From Atribacterota bacterium (GTDB lineage Bacteria; Atribacterota; Phoenicimicrobiia; Phoenicimicrobiales; Stramentimicrobiaceae), in contig JAXGNR010000004.1 of the NCBI GenBank assembly GCA_040767965.1, forward strand, positions 785,335 to 849,334: a stretch of DNA of 64,000 nt, written 5' to 3'. Of the stretch, positions 42,640 through 49,612 are shown one piece after another (position 1 is the stretch's first letter; every line of letters starts with the position of its first letter). A program made the position numbers and the translations under genes. The notes beneath the pieces are model-generated. The model worked only from the letters and a program-made list of their open reading frames with translations. It had not been told where the DNA came from and did not search any database.

Positions 42640-43197
42640 TTATGACGGTATTTCATCATTAATCATTATTTTTTGAATAAGAACAAACAAACCAACAATT
42701 ATAATTATATCACCAACACTTAATATAGAAGTATCAGGAAAAGGTTTAGGCAGTTGGAAAATATCCCCCAAAAAAGTAAACATGGTATTTTCGTTTTTTA
42801 TTAAATGAATAGCATTTTTACCATTATTAAATAAAGTTTCTATGTCTATCTGTTCAACAGTTTTCTCACTTAAAAGCACTGGCATTTTCCCGCCATTGAT
42901 AAGAATTACAAAAGAATTAAGTGATAATCCTAAAATTATATATTTAAATCCATCAATTTTTATATTCGTAAAAGAAGCATATAATAAAAATAAATATGAT
43001 AAAACAGAAAAATAGCCTATATAATTGACAATTGCAGATATGTTTAAACCCGCAATAACCCAAATAAGTATTCTTAAGCCTAAAGCAATAGCAAAAAGAT
43101 AAACACTTTTAATAGATATTTCAAACAAGCGCTCTAGGTCGCCACCTCTTAAAAGTGCTATTATAATAGCCAAAGTAATAATTATTAAATAAAACAT
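42640..43197 (-). CDS. DUF5317-like multi-pass membrane protein
   Basis: RGG.L..L, LN..VILINGGKMPV, FLGDIF and SVGDIII pattern, recognised from memory as DUF5317; about 5 TM helices. Confidence 0.75.
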   Translation of the reverse strand: MFYLIIITLAIIIALLRGGDLERLFEISIKSVYLFAIALGLRILIWVIAGLNISAIVNYIGYFSVLSYLFLLYASFTNIKIDGFKYIILGLSLNSFVILINGGKMPVLLSEKTVEQIDIETLFNNGKNAIHLIKNENTMFTFLGDIFQLPKPFPDTSILSVGDIIIIVGLFVLIQKIMINDEIPS

Positions 43198-43201
43198 GGC
43201 T

Positions 43202-44443
43202 TTAATTTTCCTCGTTTTTTTCCAACAATAATATAAATTCTGGAACTATCTTAGGATCAAATTGTGTACCAGAACCTTTTTTTAATTCTATTAATATTTC
43301 ACTTCTTTTTAGTTTTTTCCTGTAAGGTCGATCAGAGTTCATAGCATCATAGGAGTCTACTATTGCGAGAACCCGAGATAACCTTGGTATCTCTTCTCCT
43401 TTCAATCCTTCCGGATAACCTTTTCCATCGTAACGTTCATGATGATATAAGACTGTTTTTGAACATTTTTTTAAAAATTCTATTGACTCTATAATTCCAG
43501 CTCCAATTATAGGATGTTGTTTTATTTTTTCATATTCTTCATCATTTAACTTATCTTTTTTACCTAAGATTCTATCTTCTATTCCTATTTTACCAATATC
43601 ATGCAAAATAGCAGCATATTCTAAGTATTCTACCTCACTATCCATGTATCCTAATTTTCTTGCCAGCTGTACTGCCATTTTTGATACTCTATCAGAGTGA
43701 CCATGGGTGTAAGGGTCTTTTGCATCAATTGTTGCAGCAAGGGTTTTTATGGTATCCAAATACATTTTACGCATTTTGGTATATAATTCAAAAGAACGTC
43801 TTGCTAAAATCAATGGGAAAAAAAATAATAAAATTCCCAGCATACCAACTTGCACATAAACAATTGCCATAATGAAACCTAAAGGTGCTTCAGCTAAATA
43901 GCTGGGCAAAACTTCTTTTATGTTCACTTTATATACCTTGGTAATATTTATATTTGTATTAAGTGATATTCCAATGGTTACTAAAATTGAATTAATAATG
44001 CAATAAGTTAAAGCGCATAAAATAGCCGGGAAAACATAATTAAAATAATTAACTTTACCCAAAGCTCCACCCATATAGTTATAAACACTTCCTGCAACTC
44101 CTGAAGCAATTGAGAATTGAGCAGCATTAAATATAATTTTCCCCAGCTGCTTATCATCATCCTTTCCTAAAAGTATCCCTAAAACACTAAATGCGGATAC
44201 TATCATAGCCATTCCAGGCCCGTGAACTAATATAACAACAAAGTCAATAGGAAAAGTAATTGTTATTTGTCCTCCTGCAGGAAGTGAAACAGGAAATATT
44301 TCTGCGATTATGGAAATAAAAATAAAAAATATTAAAGTTAACCAGATTTCAGAAAAATGGGGAATTGTAGGAATAAAGGCATAAAATAAAATAACAGACA
44401 GTAAAGATATTGCAATAGTATATTTTTTTAATTTCCTATTCAA
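43202..44443 (-). CDS. HD-GYP cyclic-dinucleotide phosphodiesterase with N-terminal multi-TM sensor (MASE9-like)
   Basis: DAKDPYTHGHS.RV, LHDIGKIG, HHERYDGKGYP and DSYDAM.SDRPYR motifs; about 7 hydrophobic segments in the first ~215 aa; TTG start after AGGAG. Confidence 0.92.
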   Translation of the reverse strand: MNRKLKKYTIAISLLSVILFYAFIPTIPHFSEIWLTLIFFIFISIIAEIFPVSLPAGGQITITFPIDFVVILVHGPGMAMIVSAFSVLGILLGKDDDKQLGKIIFNAAQFSIASGVAGSVYNYMGGALGKVNYFNYVFPAILCALTYCIINSILVTIGISLNTNINITKVYKVNIKEVLPSYLAEAPLGFIMAIVYVQVGMLGILLFFFPLILARRSFELYTKMRKMYLDTIKTLAATIDAKDPYTHGHSDRVSKMAVQLARKLGYMDSEVEYLEYAAILHDIGKIGIEDRILGKKDKLNDEEYEKIKQHPIIGAGIIESIEFLKKCSKTVLYHHERYDGKGYPEGLKGEEIPRLSRVLAIVDSYDAMNSDRPYRKKLKRSEILIELKKGSGTQFDPKIVPEFILLLEKNEEN

Positions 44444-44507
44444 ACTTTACTCCTTGTACTTGCATCGATGCATCGATAAAAATAATCATGAATAATAATT
44501 AAAGAAA

Positions 44508-44730
44508 AAATAGGCCGGTGATTTTTATATTACAATCTGAATCTAGCGCCGCCGGCTAGTAGCAAAGCCATGACACTAATTAAAAAGCTGATTATCTTAG
44601 CTCTATTAATTTTCATATAGCACCTCCACGGTTTTTCTTTGTTCTAGTGAACAAGCAAAAACCGCTTCGCTTCGCTTCAAAAGTAAATTGCTACTTTTTT
44701 TATATTTTTATAATAATCACCGGCCTATTT
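44508..44730. repeat. 22-bp long-range inverted repeat (1 mismatch) enclosing the peptide gene and its leader
   Basis: AAATAGGCCGGTGATTTTTATA at 44508-44529 vs TATAATAATCACCGGCCTATTT at 44709-44730. Confidence 0.9.
44530..44616 (-). CDS. Unannotated 28-aa peptide MKINRAKIISFLISVMALLLAGGARFRL (putative signalling-peptide precursor)
   Basis: Strong SD GGAGGTG 5 nt before ATG; signal-peptide-like architecture (basic N region, hydrophobic core, AGGA, short RFRL tail); in line with the HD-GYP operon. Confidence 0.8.
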   Translation of the reverse strand: MKINRAKIISFLISVMALLLAGGARFRL

Positions 44731-44770
44731 ATTATACCTCCTAATTATGTTAGATTATTTTTAAAATATT

Positions 44771-45434
44771 TTACATGAATATTCTTCTGTTGATAGCTTT
44801 CAAAGTGGCATTAACAATAGATCTATTATATTCTTCTTCTATTAACGCAGCTCCTACTAAGCATTCTTTCCCATCTGGTTTAACAAGTTGGATACCAACT
44901 AAAAATAATTCTTTTTCATCTAACGTGGTTTTTTTGATTTCTTCAAGCTGAAAAAAGAATCTTCCATTCATAAATGAAGTTACAGCTTCCAGAGTAGCTT
45001 TTGCTATAACGTATTCTACATTATTTCCCCAATTAGAACATTCAATAATACCTTCACAAAATCTATTGCAATTCTCTAGTTTAACATTTACGGATAAATT
45101 ATCTTTATCAAAAATTACTTTAATATCAGATATTTTTAATCTGCTTGTATCACTTATTTCATCTTGAACCTGAGCAATGCTAATTTTGCGATAATCAATT
45201 AATATATTATATTTAGCTATTAAAATAGATTCTATATCTCTTGTTATTTTTTTTGGATTACAGTTCTCTTTGGTTATAATGTGAATTTCTTTAATTTCTT
45301 GCTTATCTGATAATATGATTTTTGAAAAATAAAATACCATTTAATTTATTTATTGATTTTTCAATTTCAATTATTTTTGAATTAAGTTTGGAAGATAGAT
45401 TGCTTCCATAATCTTCTACAGGAATATCACTCAT
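44771..45434 (-). CDS. Conserved hypothetical protein with a C-terminal region resembling the LeuA allosteric domain; apparent frameshift at ~45325
   Basis: EIHI..PKKITRDIES..IDYRKISIAQ and GAAL..SIVNATLKAINR. ATG at 45434 after AAGGGG joins the 44771..45340 frame after removing one base from an A-run. Confidence 0.7.
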
Positions 45435-45452
45435 TGGAACCCCTTTTCTTTT

Positions 45453-46010
45453 TTAGACTTCGGGCTCTATTAATCCGAGATTACCGTCTTTTCTTTTATA
45501 AATAACATTAATTTGATCAGTCGCTTCATTATTAAAAACAAAAAAGCTATGCCCGAGTAATTCCATTTGCAAAGAAGCTTCTTCTGGTGACATCGGTTTC
45601 ATTACAAATCTTTTTGTCTTGACAATTTTGACATCTTCTTCATATGATGTAGAATTTTCTATTTTTAAATTTTCTAAGGATATATCGATTTCTTTTATTT
45701 TGTCTTGTTCATTAAGTGATTTATTGTACAATTTTTCTTTATACTTAATTATCTGTCTCTCTAACTTTTCAACAACCCGATCAACAGAATTATAAATATT
45801 GTCACTTTCTTCTTCTGCCCTTATAATAGCTCTTTTTGCCTGTAATGTAACCTCAAATATTTTTCTGTTTTTTTCTGTATTTACAGTAGCAGTTGCTTCC
45901 ATGATTTGGTCAAAATATTTATTCAATTTTTCCATTTTTTTTCTTATATAGCTTTCAATGGAATCTGTAATTTCAGTATTTTTACCTTTGATTATTAGAT
46001 TCATTTGCAT
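45453..46010 (-). CDS. hpf: Ribosome hibernation promoting factor (long HPF/RaiA)
   Basis: IKGKN.EIT, KLERQI.KYK, KPMSPEEA.LQMELLGH.F and YKRKDGNLGLIEP motifs. Confidence 0.95.
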   Translation of the reverse strand: MQMNLIIKGKNTEITDSIESYIRKKMEKLNKYFDQIMEATATVNTEKNRKIFEVTLQAKRAIIRAEEESDNIYNSVDRVVEKLERQIIKYKEKLYNKSLNEQDKIKEIDISLENLKIENSTSYEEDVKIVKTKRFVMKPMSPEEASLQMELLGHSFFVFNNEATDQINVIYKRKDGNLGLIEPEV

Positions 46011-46160
46011 TTGCCTCCTTTATTTATTTTACCGTATAGTAATTTTAATTTTATCAACACATATTTGTTTTAATTTTATTACATCTAAAATAAAATATAT
46101 TTTTTTTACAAGAGTGAAGTCCATTTTTAAGTATATTTTAAATATGTTTTTTCAATAGAT

Positions 46161-46394
46161 ATTCCCTTCTTAGACTGACCTGGTTTTTTACCCCACACTC
46201 GCCTGCTGAGAGGTTCGCTATCTTTTCACTACTACTCTTCTCTTTTCATTTTTTATCAATTATGACAAATATAATGATAAGGCAGGACTTACTCCAAAAC
46301 CGCACCATGCTCAGCAACTAATAATCGTTACCTTACGTGGATCGTTTCGCCTGCGGCTGGCATCGATTTTCAACCACAGCTCTAAGAAGGGAAT
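46161..46394 (-). ncRNA. raiA motif RNA
   Basis: 14-bp closing stem ATTCCCTTCTTAGA/TCTAAGAAGGGAAT; conserved-looking blocks TGTGGTTGAAA.TCGATGCCAG.CGCAGGC.AAACGATCCACGTAAG, CATGGTGCGG, AGTAAGTCCTGCC, TAGTAGTG and CAGCAGGCGAGTGTGGGGT..ACCAGGTCA; located between comF and raiA/hpf. Confidence 0.88.
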
Positions 46395-46397
46395 CTT

Positions 46398-47153
46398 TTA
46401 AATTCCTCTAGCCAATGTTAACACATACATATTTTTTACTCCAGTTTTTTTTAACTCTTTACAGCAAGCTTCAATCGTTGCTCCAGTAGTAAAAATATCA
46501 TCAATTAGCATTATTTTTGATAAAGAAGATAATTTGTAAGAATAATTGACCTCATATACATTTAGAACATTCTTTTTTCTTTCTTCTCTTGTTAAACCAA
46601 CTTGTGATTTATTTTTATTTTTTTTTATCAGCAATTCATTCGTAAATTTAATTGAAAAGTATTTAGCGATATATCTTGCCAATAGTTCACTTTGGTTAAA
46701 ACCTCTGATCAAAAAATCTTCTTTTTGTAAAGGGACTGGTATTATATAATCTATTTTATTTATATCTTCAGAAACATTTTTTGATAGATAATTAATCATA
46801 ATATTGCCTAATGGTTTTATTAATTTTACCTGTTTTTTATATTTAAGTAAATGAATACATTTTCTCATTACATCTTTATAATATGTAACTGATCTGATGG
46901 TGCAAAATTTCATTTTCTTGTTTTGACAATCAGCACAAAGGGCTCCTTTTTCAAAAGAAACTAAAACTGATAACGGTTTACCGCAACTTTGACATATTGG
47001 AAAATTAATAAATTCAATTTTTTTCATACAGTTGGCACAAATTGAATATCCTTCTGATTCTCTAATATTAGAACCACAAGACTCGCAAACCAGGGGGAAA
47101 AGAAAATTTAATAAACCTTCTTTCGCATATTCTAAAAATCTATAGAAACCCAT
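46398..47153 (-). CDS. comF: ComF family protein (zinc ribbon + PRTase)
   Basis: Four CxxC motifs, IPVPL, RGFNQSELLA and LIDDIFTTGAT. Confidence 0.93.
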   Translation of the reverse strand: MGFYRFLEYAKEGLLNFLFPLVCESCGSNIRESEGYSICANCMKKIEFINFPICQSCGKPLSVLVSFEKGALCADCQNKKMKFCTIRSVTYYKDVMRKCIHLLKYKKQVKLIKPLGNIMINYLSKNVSEDINKIDYIIPVPLQKEDFLIRGFNQSELLARYIAKYFSIKFTNELLIKKNKNKSQVGLTREERKKNVLNVYEVNYSYKLSSLSKIMLIDDIFTTGATIEACCKELKKTGVKNMYVLTLARGI

Positions 47154-47206
47154 CTTTATTATCCTAATAAAACTAATTTTTCTACATGATTGGCTAACAG
47201 CAAATA

Positions 47207-48463
47207 TTAAGTTCCTTCTTCCCAGCTATTTAAATATTTTTTTTGTTCAGGTGTAAGCTGATCAATCTCAATATTCATACTTTTCAACTTCAAAAGGGCA
47301 ATTTTTTCATCAATATGACTTGGAACACTGTATACCTTGTTTGCAAGCTTTTTGTTTTCTTTTAACAGGTACTCTATAGATAGGATTTGATTGGCAAAAC
47401 TCATATCCATTACACTTGCCGGATGCCCTTCAGCAGCTGATAAATTTAGCAATCTTCCTTCTGAAAGAAGATAAAGGACTTTATTCTTTTCTAATCTGTA
47501 AGAGGTTATATTTTCTTTAACAATTTCTTTGCCAATAGATAGCTTTTCTAAAGAGGTAATATCTATTTCTACATTAAAATGGCCTGCATTAGCTATAATT
47601 GCATTGTTTTTCATATTTAAAAAAGCTTCTTTAGAAATTACACTTTTACCGCCAGTTGAAGTAATAAAAATATCTCCTACTTTTGCTGCTTCTTTAATGG
47701 TAGTAACTTGAAAGCCATCCATAACAGCCTCTAAGGCTTTTATCGGGTCAATTTCTGTTACAATAACTCTAGCACCCATTCCTTTTGCACGACTAGCAAT
47801 CCCCCTTGCACACCAGCCATACCCGCAAACTACAAAGATTTTCCCGGCTAATAAAATATTCGTGGCTCTAAGCAAGCCATCCAACGTGCTTTGTCCGGTT
47901 CCATACCTATTATCAAAAAGATGTTTGGTTAAAGCATCATTAACTGCAATAATTGGGTATTTTAAACTATTGTCTTTTTGCATACTTCTCAAGCGGATGA
48001 CACCAGTTGTGGTTTCCTCAGTACCACCAATAATCTCATTTATCAATAGCGGATATTGGGAATGTATTGTTGATACTAAATCTGCTCCATCATCCATGGT
48101 TATGTTAGGTTTAATCTTTAATGTATTTATAAGGTGTTGGTAGTACTTTTCTTTTTCAATACCCTTGATAGCAAAAACCGGTATTTTATAATTTTTCACT
48201 AAAGAGGCTGCGACATCATCTTGTGTGCTGAGTGGGTTTGAAGCACAAAGACATATTTCAGCTCCACCTGCCTTTAAAGCAATCATAAGGCTTGCAGTTT
48301 CAGTAGTCACATGAAGACAAGAAGATATTTTTATATTTTTAAAAGGTTTGGTTTTTGTGAAAATATTTTTTATTTTTGTAAGTACAGGCATTTGATTTTC
48401 TGCCCATGCTATTCTCTTTTTCCCTATTCCTGCTAAATTTATATCCTTGATATCATACAGCAT
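47207..48463 (-). CDS. ahcY: Adenosylhomocysteinase
   Basis: CLHVTTET, NPLSTQD, EETTTG, FDNRYGTGQS and GHPASVMDMSF motifs. Confidence 0.97.
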   Translation of the reverse strand: MLYDIKDINLAGIGKKRIAWAENQMPVLTKIKNIFTKTKPFKNIKISSCLHVTTETASLMIALKAGGAEICLCASNPLSTQDDVAASLVKNYKIPVFAIKGIEKEKYYQHLINTLKIKPNITMDDGADLVSTIHSQYPLLINEIIGGTEETTTGVIRLRSMQKDNSLKYPIIAVNDALTKHLFDNRYGTGQSTLDGLLRATNILLAGKIFVVCGYGWCARGIASRAKGMGARVIVTEIDPIKALEAVMDGFQVTTIKEAAKVGDIFITSTGGKSVISKEAFLNMKNNAIIANAGHFNVEIDITSLEKLSIGKEIVKENITSYRLEKNKVLYLLSEGRLLNLSAAEGHPASVMDMSFANQILSIEYLLKENKKLANKVYSVPSHIDEKIALLKLKSMNIEIDQLTPEQKKYLNSWEEGT

Positions 48464-48491
48464 TTAAACTTCCTCCAAAATTAATTGAAAG

Positions 48492-49127
48492 TTATTGTAA
48501 CCAGGGATTATTTTTAAGTTCATAATTCAACTTAGAGATAGGACCATGTCCTGGTAAAATTATGTAATTGCGGTCCAAGACAGTTATTTTTTCCTTTATA
48601 GAATGAATCATTTGCTCATCTGAACCACCTGGCAAGTCTGTCCTGCCAATTCCATTTGCAAAAAGAGTATCACCGGTGAATAAATATTTATCTACTTTCA
48701 GGATAATGCTGCCAGGAGAATGACCTGGAGTATGAATTATAAGTATACTTAATTGACCAATCTTTATAATATCTTCATTCATTAATTGTCTGTCTGCCGG
48801 AGGAGAAACAATAAGGTTTCCTGTAAAAAAAGATAAATTTTCCTGGATGTCCAACAACATATTACTGTCCATTCTGTGAATAGCTAAAATAGATTTATAC
48901 CTGGATTTTAATAATTCATTGCCTGCAATATGATCAGCATGTCCATGAGTATTAATAATATATTTAAGTTTGAATCTATTTTTTTCTATTACTTCTATTA
49001 TTTTGTCATTTTTTTCTGCCGGGTCAATAACTGCTAACTCTTTTGTTTTAGAGCAAACAAGAAAGTAACAATTAGTAGAAAGTGGACCAAGAATTAATTT
49101 TTTTATAATAACCTTTTTTTTCTCCAA
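48492..49127 (-). CDS. MBL-fold metallo-hydrolase (glyoxalase II-like)
   Basis: THGHADH, HTPGHSPG, FTGDTLF and PGHG motifs. Confidence 0.93.
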   Translation of the reverse strand: MEKKKVIIKKLILGPLSTNCYFLVCSKTKELAVIDPAEKNDKIIEVIEKNRFKLKYIINTHGHADHIAGNELLKSRYKSILAIHRMDSNMLLDIQENLSFFTGNLIVSPPADRQLMNEDIIKIGQLSILIIHTPGHSPGSIILKVDKYLFTGDTLFANGIGRTDLPGGSDEQMIHSIKEKITVLDRNYIILPGHGPISKLNYELKNNPWLQ

Positions 49128-49155
49128 AATATTAACCTTTTTATACTAATAATTT

Positions 49156-49602
49156 TTATAGTTCATTACTGTCCAATATAATGGTAACAGGTCCGTTATT
49201 AATAATCTCTACTTCCATAAATGCCTGAAAACGCCCTGCTTGAACAGAAATATTATTATTCTTTAAATATTCTATGAAGTACTGATAAAGATAATCTGCC
49301 TTTTCGGGTGGTGCAGCTTCGATAAAGCTAGGTCTTCTTCCTTTTTTGCAATTACCGTAAAGAGTGAATTGAGATACTACTAAAAGCGGATAACCTTTTT
49401 CAGCTAAAGAAAGATTCATTTTGCCTTCTTCATCACTAAATATTCTAAGATTTATTATTTTTTGAGCTAACAATTCTACCTCTTTTTCTGTATCATCATT
49501 TTTAACCCCAAGCAATATAACAAGTCCTTGATCTATGCTGGATATTTTTTTTTCATCAATTTTTACTGAAGCCCTCTTGACTCTTTGAATCACTGCTTTC
49601 AT
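49156..49602 (-). CDS. dtd: D-aminoacyl-tRNA deacylase
   Basis: AVIQRV, SQFTL and NGPVT motifs. Confidence 0.97.
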   Translation of the reverse strand: MKAVIQRVKRASVKIDEKKISSIDQGLVILLGVKNDDTEKEVELLAQKIINLRIFSDEEGKMNLSLAEKGYPLLVVSQFTLYGNCKKGRRPSFIEAAPPEKADYLYQYFIEYLKNNNISVQAGRFQAFMEVEIINNGPVTIILDSNEL

Positions 49603-49612
49603 ATGCTTACCC

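Noticed and set aside
44530-44700. Type I toxin-antitoxin locus (small hydrophobic peptide with fold-back mRNA)
   Set aside because: Not excluded but disfavoured: no clear antisense promoter/terminator unit seen, the SD is not obviously sequestered, and the ORF sits inside a sensor/membrane-enzyme operon
44508-44730. MITE or other mobile element suggested by terminal inverted repeats
   Set aside because: Single copy in the window, no clear target-site duplication, no transposase, and one arm abuts the peptide stop codon exactly
44620-44740. c-di-GMP riboswitch upstream of the HD-GYP gene
   Set aside because: No GEMM-I (GGCAAA..GAAA..GACGCAAAG) or class II consensus recognisable by eye; a cmscan would be decisive
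46161-46394. 6S RNA interpretation of the closed-stem RNA
   Set aside because: It is not a simple long rod with a central bubble; sequence blocks and the comF-hpf location fit the raiA motif better
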